Assembly (NCBI RefSeq): GCF_006345805.1
Contig: NW_021834208.1
Span: 1-50,207 of the forward strand
DNA length: 50,207 nt
Origin: Octopus sinensis
Lineage: Eukaryota
Direction of reading: 5' to 3'
The translations under genes and the position numbers were made by a program. Of this stretch, positions 23,967-35,516 are shown in pieces. Position 1 is the stretch's first letter; each line of letters starts with the position of its first letter. Under the pieces are notes generated by a model. It was not told the DNA's origin, ran no database searches, and worked only from the letters and a program-made list of their open reading frames with translations.

Positions 23967-24273
23967 GGAAACTCGATTTACAAATGTGATTCATTCCTGA
24001 AAGCCATTCATCATCCAAAATGTTCATAAACGAAACCAATTTTTCACATAGAGAAGGCAGGACAAATTCAACCGGGGACGTGCACTGAGGGAAAGGTAGA
24101 TAGCAACTGACTCTCTCCTGTTGATAGGCTCAGCTTGTTGCCAACCACTCTTGCTGCCTTGCATGTTTGTTACTCAAACCCCTGTTTGCCACCCGAGACA
24201 GTTTATGTTTGAAAAATTGGTCATAAACAAATTTGTTTGTGATAAGAGACATTCATAAACTGAAGTTGTACTG
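23963..24273. mobile_element. Old pogo/Tigger-like MITE
   Basis: cagtggaaactcgatttacaaa ... ttcataaactgaagttgtactg|ta; decayed TIRs and repeated ttcataaac motifs. Confidence 0.5.
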
Positions 24274-25244
24274 TATGTCCATTTTTCTATTTCTTTTTAA
24301 GATGACAGGGTGTGGCCTGAGGGGAAATTTAAGTGATTTTAAAAAGTTGGAAACCATAATAACTTTATGAAACATGGTAATTTATCTACTAGCCCCCATC
24401 TTTCTCTAATCTTCAAAGCCTCCTGCCACCACCATGAGGGCGGGGAGCATGGTCCCCCCACCTCTAGGAAAAAAGAGAAAAAAAAAGACTACCCCCTAGA
24501 CTACATAGAGCAAATCACCATATTGAACTTATTTAACATTTGCACTGATGCAGTAAACAATAATCTCCTGTTAACAAGCTCAGCTTTATAACTCCATCAC
24601 ACTTTTTAAAAAATATATAATATTTCAAAAAATATAACTTAGTCATTTACTTCATCGATCCATTTCCTTTGATGTCTATGTACACAAAACAAAACAAAAT
24701 GTTATCAAATAACTCTGCTATATTGTTCGCCGTTATTGTTTATTGTTTATTTTTAAAAACACAATAGTTTTATAGTTTATTTGCTGTTTTACATGTCTAT
24801 GATGCATTCACTTTATCACAACAATGTAATGTGTTTCTGTTATCTTTACCACACTAATACATTTTATAATAATTATATTTGTACTGTCTGTAATATATTT
24901 GTATTACATTAATTCCTTTTATTATAATTATATTGTGTTGTCTTCGATGTTTTTGTAGTGCCTTTTACCTTACAAATTCTCATAACACATTTGTACAATC
25001 TTTCTGCAATACAAATGACGATAACATATTAGAGACATTATCGTAATACTTTTGTCTGCGACTGTAAAGGACAAACTGCGGACCGCAGGACTTTCTGAAT
25101 GGCACGTCTTGAAATGTTTTATAGTAGTAAGGATGGTCTGATGAAGAGCCATGACTCATGTGGCCTGCTTCATGGGAAAGGTTGCTCATTCCTGGCTTCC
25201 GATATACATATATGATTATGGTAGTCTCTCATAGTCTCTCATGT

Positions 25245-25580
25245 GAAGGCGCATGGCTCAGTGGTTAGAGCATCGAGCTTACGATCGTGAGGTTGTGAGC
25301 TCGAATCCCGGACCGGGCTGCGTGTTGTGTTCTTGAGCAAGACACTTTATTTCACGTTGCTCCAGTTCGCTCAGCTGTAGAAATGAGTTGCGACGTCACG
25401 AGTGCCAAGCTGTATCGGCCCCTTTGCCTTTCCATTGGATAACACTGGTGGCGTGGAGAGGGGAGGCCGGTATGCATGGGCGACTGCTGGTCTTCCATAA
25501 ACAACCATGCCCAGACTTGTGACTAGGAGGGTAACTTTCTAGGTGCAATCCCATGGGCAGTGTCGTGACCGAAGGGGGTC
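25245..25580 (+). mobile_element. SINE family C (body C2), CpG-rich full copy
   Basis: tRNA-like head ggcgcatggctcagtggttagagc...gagctcgaatccc, then tgtgttcttgagcaagacacttta. Confidence 0.92.
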
Positions 25581-25589
25581 CCGGATCCA

Positions 25590-25838
25590 TAGTCGAAGAC
25601 AGACGGTTCTGCAATTCTTTGCCAAACAATCAGCACAAATGATATGTTTATAGTCGTTTCTGCTGCAAAGTTCTCTCGCTCCCTCTATCAAAACTGATGT
25701 TGCCTGTACGGGTGCATGCAGTACTGCACGTCAAGTGTTGAAGTGATTGCAAAGCAAAGTGAGATGAAGTACTTTGCTCAAGAACACAACACATCACCCA
25801 GTCCAGGAATTGAAACCACAATCTTGTAATTGTGAGCA
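25590..25838 (-). mobile_element. SINE family C (body C4)
   Basis: C head on the minus strand; body shared with 26330-26622 (acggttctgcaatt...gccaaaca...gcacaaatgat). Confidence 0.78.
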
Positions 25839-25846
25839 TAACTGTA

Positions 25847-26250
25847 GGCGCAGGAGTGGCTGTGTGGTAAGTAGCTTGCTTACCAACCACATGGTTCCGG
25901 GTTCAGTCCCACTGCGTGGCACCTTGGGCAAGTGTCTTCTACTATAGCCTCAGGCCAACCAAAGCCTTGTGAGTGGATTTAGTAGACAGAAACTGAAAGA
26001 AGCCCATCGTATATATGTATATATGTGTGTGTGTATGTTTGTGTGTCTGTGTTTGTCCCCCCAACATCGCTTGACAACCGATGCTGGTGTGTTTATGTCC
26101 CTGTAACTTAGTGGATCGGCAAAAGAGTCCAATAAAATAAGTAGTAGGCTTACAAAGAATAAGTCCTGGGGGTCAATTTGCTCGCCTAAAGGCGATGCTC
26201 CATCATGGCCACAGTCAAATGACTGAAACAAATAAAAGATGTAAAAGATG
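25847..26250 (+). mobile_element. SINE family A, full length
   Basis: ggcgcaggagtggctgtgtggtaag to gactgaaacaaataaaaga. Confidence 0.95.
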
Positions 26251-26329
26251 TATGATACCTAAATCACTAGGCCCTGCACCCTCGACATAGAAACGTGGGT
26301 GTGTGTGTGTGTTTGTGTGATTATAGTCT

Positions 26330-26622
26330 CATGTAGTCTGAGAAAAACGGTTCTGCAATTTCTCGCCAAACAAACCTGCACAAATGATTTGTTTATAGTG
26401 AACGAATGTATGTTTTGTACATTAGCTCATTCACTCCATGAAATCAGCATTACCTGTACAGGTGTATGCTGTACTAAATGTCAGGTGTTGAAGTAATCAC
26501 AGAGCAATGTGAGATAAAGTGTTTTGCTCAAAAACACAACAGACCACCCAGTCCAGGAATTGAAACTGCGATCTCACAATCATAAGTGCAACATCATCCT
26601 AACCACAAAGCCATGCGCCCTC
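26330..26622 (-). mobile_element. SINE family C (body C4)
   Basis: Homologous to 25590-25838. Confidence 0.78.
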
Positions 26623-26885
26623 AATATACATATAAACTATATTTATCATACTAACATCTAGACTAAACCCATAATACTCTCCCTACATTTCTACCCTTAT
26701 AACAGCCAACCATCATCCATAAATAAAAATGGCTTGGCACCATGTACTATGCATTCACTAATCATCTTGAGTGCTTTATGCCTAGTTACATTAGTGTCTT
26801 AATACATTTATTAATTTAATCCTAATTACACTATTGTCTTAATACACTAACAGATATGATATCCAATTACTCAAATGTCTCTTAA

Positions 26886-27105
26886 CCCTTTTTTTTACCA
26901 ACCCAGCTGAAACCATCATTGCTCTGAGTACAAATGTCTTGTTTTCATAAGTTTTGAATTAAAATCTTCCACCAAACCTTAGTCACAATTTATGTTCCTA
27001 ACACTAGCTTAATGACAACTAAGTTATTTTACTAAATTCTTTGTTATATTTAAAGTAATTGAAAGAAACACTGAGCATCTCAAAATAAATACAGTAACGA
27101 AAGGG
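26886..27105 (+). mobile_element. piggyBac-type MITE with TTAA target duplication
   Basis: ttaa|cccttt...ttac ... gtaacgaaaggg|ttaa. Confidence 0.88.
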
Positions 27106-27357
27106 TTAATACATTGAAAGCTTCATACCAAATTATAGCAATACCAATACAATAATTCAATTTTAGTTACACTAATGTCTTAATAGATTTTTTTATTTTT
27201 CACCTGTGTTAATAGGTTTATATTCAGTTACACTAATATCTTAGTACATTATGCTTAATCACACTCATGTCTCAAAGCATTTAATAGCTTTTACTCCCAA
27301 TGTCATAATACATTAATAGTTTTATACTAAATTGCACTAAAGTCCTAAGTCTTTTGT

Positions 27358-27610
27358 TACTTTGTAGTAAAGATTGTTTGCCAACATAACATGGCAGTCC
27401 TGGTTTAGGACGAATGTTGCTGTAATTTAGCCCTAGGAGACATCGTCTCCAGCTGGCTATACAACATGATCTGTGTCCTTATATCTTTGAACACAGATCG
27501 TGTCATATAGCCAGCTGGAGACAATGTCTCCTAGGGCTAAATTACAGCAACATTCGTCTTAAACCAGGACTACCATGTTAATGTTGACAAACAATCTTTA
27601 CTCCAAAGTA
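27358..27610. repeat. ~250-bp fold-back palindrome (arms ~119 bp, loop ~14 nt)
   Basis: tactttgtagtaaagattgtttg...gatctgtgt mirrored by acacagatc...caaacaatctttactccaaagta. Confidence 0.93.
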
Positions 27611-27654
27611 CTGTTGCTGAATATCTTACGTTGTGAGATTTACAAATAGTAATT

Positions 27655-27873
27655 TCCTTTCATTACTGTATTTATTTTGAGATGCTCTGTGTTTCTTTCA
27701 ATAACTTTAAATATAACAAAGAATTTAGTAAAATAACTTAGTTGTCATTAAGCTAGTGTTAGGAACATAAATTGTGACTAAGGTTTGGTGGAAGATTTTA
27801 ATTCAGAACTTATGAAAACAAGACATTTGTACTCAGTGCAATGGCAGTTTCAGCTGGGTTGGTAACAAAAGGG
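27655..27873 (-). mobile_element. Second copy of the piggyBac-type MITE, inverted
   Basis: Reverse complement of 26886-27105; ends gtaacaaaaggg|ttaa. Confidence 0.88.
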
Positions 27874-27940
27874 TTAAACACATCATAATTATCACTACAT
27901 CTTAGTACAATAAAAGATTTAATTTTCATTGTACTCATCA

Positions 27941-28165
27941 GTGTTTGGCCATGCTGTTCAAATTTCTGAGTTAGACCTTGCCTACCATGTTCTCTTCACA
28001 GAGGATCCAGCTGGGTTGGCAACTCATGTGGGTTGACCACATGTGACATAGTTATGGCAGTGAGGAAGTATCTCACAGAGATGGGGACTGACTGAGACTC
28101 TGCTTAATATGTCACCCAGGGGGATCCCAGGAATAGACCAATAAATGGTGAATGCAGCACCACAC
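27941..28165 (+). mobile_element. Decayed 3' fragment of an RTE-like LINE ORF
   Basis: Translates VFGHAVQISELDLAYHVLFTEDPAGLATHVG*PHVT*LWQ, then after a frameshift VRKYLTEMG..GDP; matches the FGH...GRP..TW motif order. Confidence 0.62.
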
Positions 28166-28317
28166 TTGATCTAATCTGCGCTCATATCTTAATAAATTAT
28201 TTTACTGTTAATACATTTGTACCTAGTTACACTAATGTCTTATATTATCGTCACACTCACGTCTTAAACCATCAAAGGTTTTATACCCAATTACATTAAA
28301 GCTATAATACATAATAG

Positions 28318-29043
28318 ATGGCACATAAAAAGCACCATCCGATCGTGGCTGTTTGCCAGCCTCGCCTGGCACCTGTTCATCATCATCATCATCCTCGTTT
28401 AGCGTCCGCTTTCCATGCTGGCATGGGTTGGACGGTACAACTGGGGTCTGGGAAGCCAGAAGGCTGTACCAGGCCCAGTCTGATCTAGCAATGTTTCTAC
28501 GGCTGGATGCCCTTCCTAACGCCAACCACTCCGTGAGTGTAGTGGGTGCTTTTTACGTACCACCAGCACAGGTGCCAGGTGAGGCTGGCAAACGGCCACG
28601 ATCGGATGGTGCTTTTTACGTGCCACCGGAACAGGTACCAGGTGAGGCTGGCAAACGGCAACGATTGGATGGTGCTTTTTATGTGCACCATCCGATCGTG
28701 GCCGTTTGCCAGCCTCACCTGGTACCTGTTCCGGTGGCATGTAAAAAGCACCATCCGATCGTGGCCATGTGCCAGCCTCGCCTGGCACCTGTTTTGGTGG
28801 CACGTAAAAAGCACCATCCGATCGTGGCCGTTTGCCAGCCTCACCTGGCACCTGTGCCGGTGGCACGTAAAAAGCATCCACTACACTCATGGAGTGGTTG
28901 GCGTTAGGAAGGGCATCCAGCCGTAGAAACATTGCCAGATCAGACTGGGCCTGGTGCAGCCTTCTGGCTTCCCAGACCCCAGTTGAACCGTCCAACCCAT
29001 GCTAGCATGGAAAGCGGACGCTAAACGATGATGATGATGATGA
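28318..29043. mobile_element. Inverted dimer of family E forming a ~300-bp-arm palindrome with 63-bp tandem units
   Basis: 28378-28675 is the reverse complement of 28685-29043 apart from one extra unit; units start at 28685, 28748 and 28811, body resumes at 28874. Confidence 0.95.
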
Positions 29044-29945
29044 ACTAACATCTTCAGATATTAATAAACTGAATTTCAGTTGCACAAATATCATGATACC
29101 TTGAAAGCTTTATACCTAATTACTCCAACATTTTAGTTACACACCTGCCTCAATGAATTGTTTAACTTTACACCAATGTTAATACATCTCTACCTAGTTA
29201 CACTAATGTCTTAAGATATTATATCTAATCATACTCATGTCATAAAACACTCAGAGCTTTATACCCAATTACACTAATGCCATGATACATTAATAGCTTT
29301 ATACCGGATTGCACTAATGTCTTATGACATTTATAAATTTAACCCCAATTAAACACGTCTTAATACATCAAAAGCTTTAGACCAAATTACACTAATATCT
29401 TAATACATTCATAGCGTTTATACTGCATTTATCTCAATAAAGTTCCTATAATGCTTCTCAAATTACTCTTCCCTGTAAAGTTTCTTAATGGATTAAGACA
29501 AATATTTACATTCGATTCATTCATCCTGCAAATTGTCAATATTAAGTGGCACCGATCAAGACAACCCTGCTTCAGTGAAGCTCTTGTTGCAGTGTAAAGG
29601 GGTGGAGAGCGGGGAGCAGAAATTAACCAATGAAATGCTTGGAAAACACCTCCCTCATCCATCTATCCATCAAGCATCCCGAATAAGTCATACTTCAGTC
29701 TAGACTTGAATCCCATCGACCAGTTTAGCTTGGAAATGGAATTATTGGATATTATGTCGGATGCTGTGTGTCATTCACTCAGAATATGTTGTGTCTGGTT
29801 TGTTGATAATTCCCAGTTTTTCGATTAGATTAAAAGTCTTGGAGGGATCGGTCGGCATAGTTGAATAGTAAATTGGTTGGATTTGTAATCTTTTGGTTCC
29901 ATGTTTGGTCAAACTGTCTTCTATTATGTGATCTTTTATTATCTG

Positions 29946-30336
29946 TCTTTTACTTGTTTCAGTCATTAGACTGTGGCCATGCTGGGGCACCGCCTAGAAG
30001 AATTTTCAGTAGAAGGAATTGAACCCAGGACTTATTTCTTTTTCAAGCCTGGTACTTATTCTATCAGTCACTTTTGCTGAACCACTAAGTTACAGGGGTT
30101 GTAAATGCACCAACAACGGTTGTCAAGCGGTGGTGGGGGACAGACACACTCACAAAGACATACACACATATATACATTTATATATATATGACAGGCTTCA
30201 TTCAGTTTCCATCTACCAAATCCACTCACAAAGCTTTGGTCAGCTTGAGGTTATAGTGGAAGACTCTTGCCCAAGGTGCCATGCAATGGGACCGAACCTG
30301 GAACCATGTGGTTAGAAGCAAGCTTTTTACCACACA
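29946..30336 (-). mobile_element. SINE family A, near full length
   Basis: cttttacttgtttcagtcatt...ggaaccatgtgg...taccacaca. Confidence 0.92.
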
Positions 30337-30611
30337 ACATCATCTGTGAAATTATATTCTACAATACATTCAGACCATCTCATGTCTTGTCGGTATGTAT
30401 GGTATATCTAGGACTACGTGATTTTATGTGTCTTTACTTTTTATATGATGATTGGTTATGTTTTAAGGAATTCTTTGGCTGCTATATCTAACAGACCATG
30501 TCCACAGACAAAGCCCTGGTGATGTTGTTGTTGTTGTCATCGTCATTGATATTCAACTATAATTTGTTGAGTTGATTTAATTGGTTCTTTATCAATATCC
30601 CCACCCTCTTT

Positions 30612-31262
30612 CACACACACACACAGACACACAAACATGCTCATGTATACACTCGCACACTCACAAACACACACATATGCACATACAAACACACTCACAC
30701 ACACCACACACACACACGAACACATGCTCATGCACACACTCACAAATGCACTCACACACACACACACGCATACTCACAAACACAGAAGTATAAATGCACA
30801 CAGGTATATGCACATTCATGTATGTATATATATATATATATACACACATATACATACAAACACATGCACACACACTCTTACACACATGTACGCAAGCTTC
30901 CGCATACACTTATAGAAAAACCATTTATACAAATGCATTCAAGCATACACACACACACACACATACACATATGTACAGATATATACAAGTACACATACAC
31001 GCACACACACATACACTCACAAATATGTATATATATATATATGCATCGACACACAACCATACATATATACACTTGTATATAAGCACACATGCTCACACAA
31101 ATACACATGTACACATTCAGGCAAACATGCATCTACACACACACGCACACTAAGAAAAGCACATACATGCATTCATGCAAACACGTACTGCAGAAAACGC
31201 ACACATAAGCGCATATATGCACATATTTCTGTATGTACACAGGCACGTGCACATATGCCCAC
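30612..31262. repeat. Degenerate CA/TA-rich low-complexity tract
   Basis: Alternating purine-pyrimidine sequence. Confidence 0.92.
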
Positions 31263-31696
31263 AGTGCATGGTATGATCAGTGATCGAGGCATTTAATGAC
31301 ATTCCTATCAAATCAATAAAACAAATTAAGGCAGGCTTCTTTAACGAGTTTGCCCTCTTTCTCGACAGCTACATATTTTAATGACACAAATGTTTATAGT
31401 GGGTTGGGGGTGGGGAAGAGGTTGAAAGAGACAGAGACAGAGGGGAAGACAGAGAGAGAGAGAGAGGAAGAGGGAAAGACAGGGTGAGAGAGGTTGTGGG
31501 AGAACAAGGAAAGGAGGTACCGGTGGGGGAATTAAAACACTTGTTGTGCTCGGCTGGATTTGAACCTGGCACCATAAACTGCTAAATTGCTTGTCACTCA
31601 GATAAACCTAATCCATAACATTTATAAATCTCATGGAAAGAAGGGTCAGGGGTCCCAGTGTGAGTCTTATTGCTATTATTAATAAGATAGCGAAAA

Positions 31697-31786
31697 GGCA
31701 GCGAGTTGCAGAACGGTTAGCACACCAGGCAGAATGCTTAGTGGAATTTTGCCTGTTGCTACATTCTGAGTTTAAATTCCGCCAAG
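31697..31786 (+). mobile_element. SINE family B, 5' fragment
   Basis: ggcagcgagttgcagaacggttagc...ctgagtttaaattccgcc. Confidence 0.8.
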
Positions 31787-31950
31787 GAGTAGATAGATGA
31801 GGAGTGGATAGACAGCCGACAACTGATGAAGGGTCCTTTCTCTATGTTTACTTGTCCTGTTTTCCATTTTTTCATGTTGCTTATTTAACTCGTTCGTTTA
31901 CGTATTTCATGTTATTTGCACCGTTGGTGACATCATGTACCCATATATGC

Positions 31951-31986
<36 letters not shown>

Positions 31987-32022
31987 CATATTATATATAA
32001 AATATTATTTATTATATATATA

Positions 32023-32420
32023 GGTGCAGGAGTGACTGTGTGGTAAGTAGCGTGCTTACCAACCACACGGTTCCGGGTTCAGTCCCACTGCGTGGCACCT
32101 TGGGAAAGTGTCTTCTACTATAGCCTCGGGCCGACCAAAGCCTTGTGAGTGGATTTGGTAGACGGAAACTGAAAGAAGCCTGTCGTATATATATGTATGT
32201 ATATATATATATGTGTGTGTTTGTGTGTCTGTGTTTGTCCCCCCCAACCGATGCTGGTATGTTTACGTCCCCATTACTTAGTGGTTCGGTAAAAGAGACC
32301 GATATAATAAGTACTAGGCTTACAAAGAATAAGACCTGGGGTCGATTTGCTCGACTAAAAGGCGGTGCTCCAGCATGGCCGCAGTCAAATGACTGAAACA
32401 AGTAAAAGAGAGAAAAAGAG
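32023..32420 (+). mobile_element. SINE family A, full length
   Basis: Complete head, body and gtaaaagag tail. Confidence 0.95.
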
Positions 32421-32477
32421 AATATATATATATGTATATACAGACGCACACACAAAGGGCATGCACACAATTTACAT

Positions 32478-32600
32478 CTTCCAAATCCACTGACGCGGCT
32501 TTGGTCAGCCCAGGGCTATAGTAGAAGACCCTTGTCCAAGGCGCCACGCGATGGAACTGAACCCGGAAGCAAGCTTCTTATCACACAGCCATGCCGACAC
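32478..32600 (-). mobile_element. SINE family A 5' fragment, inverted relative to the adjacent copy
   Basis: ccaaatccact...ggctatagtagaagac...cacacagcca. Confidence 0.82.
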
Positions 32601-32794
32601 CAATAAAACACTAAACACAATTTTGTATACCAATGCAGGTATAACCCTAAAACTTACTCATCCATAAACATACAACACACACACACACCCACACACATAC
32701 ACATGCATTACTTACAAGATAACCCCTCCCTCTCGCATATACCCGTAGTTTTATTGATCTTTTAATCTAAATCTTGAGTCATGTACATTGGTAC

Positions 32795-33302
32795 TTATAT
32801 ACATACATATCGAAGCATACCATTGCATACATAGATATAGTATGCCATGATACACACACACACACACATATTTAGATGCTTACACAAAGACATGTATACA
32901 AACATACAGACATGCGCAAATACACACACACTACACATGACTATACAAATACCTATGTATACACACTTATACAAATACATGCACACATGTGCATATACAT
33001 ACATACACACATATATATATACACACACACACACACACTTGCACACTCACATTTATACACATATTGGCACCACAAACACACACATACCATACACATATAT
33101 AAAAACACATACATACATACACATGCACATACATACACACTTGTATAAAAGCATAGTCACACATATACATACATATGCAAACATACACACACGCATATTC
33201 GACAACATACATACACACACACACATGCAAAGACGTGCTCGCATGCACATGCATACACACATGCACACACACACGTATATTGACACACAGGCTCACACAC
33301 AA
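32795..33302. repeat. Degenerate CA/TA-rich tract
   Basis: Direct reading. Confidence 0.92.
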
Positions 33303-33662
33303 ACCCACCGACATGCTCAGCCCCATTCGTCACCCCTACCCAACCCAACCCCACCGCACACACATCTAGCGCCACCCAAGCCCCCCTCCCCCGCGCTACA
33401 GGCACACCAATCTAAGAGGTGGGGCAGCAAGGTTAACTGTTTATCGATCAGCAAACATTGGACTGTGATTCCAACGGCTGACTCACTAATGTCACATTGA
33501 GCTTTGACTCATCCCTCCTAAACACACACACACACATATACACACCCTATTCTACCCCACTAAACCCTCTACCCTTCCCCCACCAAAAACCAATAACTAG
33601 TAAGTACTACTACTACTACTACTGCTATAACCACAATTTTTTTTACCATAACTATTACTATT

Positions 33663-34628
33663 GGAAGAATCGTTAGTATGCTAAGGCGGCAAGCTGGCAG
33701 AAATGTTAGTACACCGGGAGAAATGTGTAGCCGTATTTCGTCTGCCACTACGTTCTGAGTTCAAATTCCACCGAGGTCGACTTTGCCTTTCAGCCTTTCT
33801 GGGTCGATAAATTAAGTACCAGTTACACACTGGGGTCGATATAATCAACTTAATACCTATGTCTGTCCTTGTTTGTCCCCTCTATGTTTAGTCCCTTGTA
33901 GGTAATAAAGAAACAGATATTTCGTTGGCTGCTACTTTCTGAGTTCAAATTCCGCCGAAGTTGACTTTGCCTTTCATTCTTTCGGGGTCGATAAATTAAG
34001 TACCAGTTACGCACTGGGGTCGATATAATCGACTTAATACCTATGTCTGTCCTTGTTTGTCCCCCTCTATGTTTAGCCCCTTGTGGGTTTTAAAGAAATA
34101 AGTATTTCGTCTGTCTTTACGTTCTGAGTTTAAATTGCCTTTCATCCTTTTGGGGTCAATAAAATTAAGTTCCTGTTGTATACTGGGGTCAGTGTAATCG
34201 ACTGGCCTCTCCCCCAAAATTTCAGGCCTTGTACCTAGAGTAGAAAAAAAATCATTACCATGCTAGGCAAAATGCTTAGCAGTATTTCGTCTGCCACTAT
34301 GTTCTGAGTTCAAATTCCACCAAGGTCGACTTTGCCTTTCATCCTTTCGGATTAAGTTCCTGTTGCATACTGGGGTCGATCTAATCGACTGCCCCCCCCC
34401 CCACTCCCCCAAAATTTCAGGCCTTGTGCCTAGAGAAGGAAAATATCTTTAGCATGCTGGGCGAAATGTTTAGCAGTATTTCATCTACCTTTACATTCTG
34501 AGTTCAAATACTGCTGAGGTCGACTTTGCTTTACATCCTTCTGGGGGCGTCGATAAATTAAGTACCAGTTACGTACTGGGGTTGATCTAATCGACTGGCC
34601 CCATCTCCCCCCAAATTCCAGGCCTAGG
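33663..34628 (+). mobile_element. Five-unit concatemer of SINE family B
   Basis: tatttc(g/a)t...ttctgagttyaaat unit starts near 33733, 33918, 34103, 34283 and 34477, with no (ATT)n spacers. Confidence 0.9.
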
Positions 34629-35431
34629 AATTTCAAAAGAAGTACCAATAAGATTAGTTTTCCAAACATCAAATAGCTATGAGGGCCCACCAGCATAAAA
34701 TAGTAATCAAAGGGGTTACAGAGATAAAAAAAATGGTTGAGACCTACTGGTCTAAACAGACTAGGGGTCTTTTATACCCAGCTGTTAAATGGCCATGGAA
34801 TCTACTGCGTTCATCTGCCCTTTGACTGGTTTTGTTTATAAATTCTGCCGGGTTTCCGATGCCACCCTCGTGACCATAACAGGCTTGGTAGGGTTGTCAG
34901 TTGTCAGTTTAGTAATCAATGGTTTTACATACAACAAGTTGTACTGGCTTACATGCAACCAGTAGCAGTGAGAGTGAACTAGCACTCACACACACACACA
35001 CACTCATGTGCATCCATCCATACATTATACTTGAAGCTGATGAATCACTCTGTCCATACTACGTGTGATCATCCAAGTGGCAAACAGATATTAACGAATG
35101 ATTGCACATAGAAAGGAACACTGAATAACAAGGATGTTAATGAACTCTACTATATATCTCAAGCGCTCTATCCAAGTGTGCACGTCTGTGTGAGCATGCA
35201 TGCTTGGAGGTACACACAACAAAAAGAATATTTAATGCACCTGGTGGAGTTTTATTTGAAATGGCTCTGAGGAAGCTATAAGATATCGGATGAGCACTCA
35301 GCTCTGGATGCACATTTACTTGTAGCAGAAACACATGTAAGCCAATGAAAGGGATTACATAACTCATACTGTTTCTCATTCTTTAATTGACATATCTATT
35401 CCTATTCATCTATCTATCTATTTATATGTGT

Positions 35432-35516
<85 letters not shown>

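Larger units (their letters stand above)
26750..29428. repeat. Degenerate ~40-bp minisatellite, interrupted by several insertions
   Basis: Consensus ~gctttatacccaattacactaatgtcttaatacattaata seen at 26750-26880, 27106-27345, 28205-28312 and 29045-29428. Confidence 0.85.

Noticed and set aside
25136-25170. CTGATGA hammerhead core
   Set aside because: No downstream GAAA or stems; it lies in a probable hAT-like MITE end
25245-25320. tRNA gene (also 18735-18810)
   Set aside because: A and B boxes are present but there is no proper acceptor stem, and the sequence continues into a multicopy SINE body
28353-28995. Overlapping 126-184-aa ORFs on both strands with a 21-aa repeat
   Set aside because: A consequence of a 63-bp unit (a multiple of 3) in an inverted SINE-like dimer; not a gene
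30581-33500. His/Thr- or Cys/Val-rich ORFs suggesting metal-binding proteins
   Set aside because: Translations of CA/TG dinucleotide tracts
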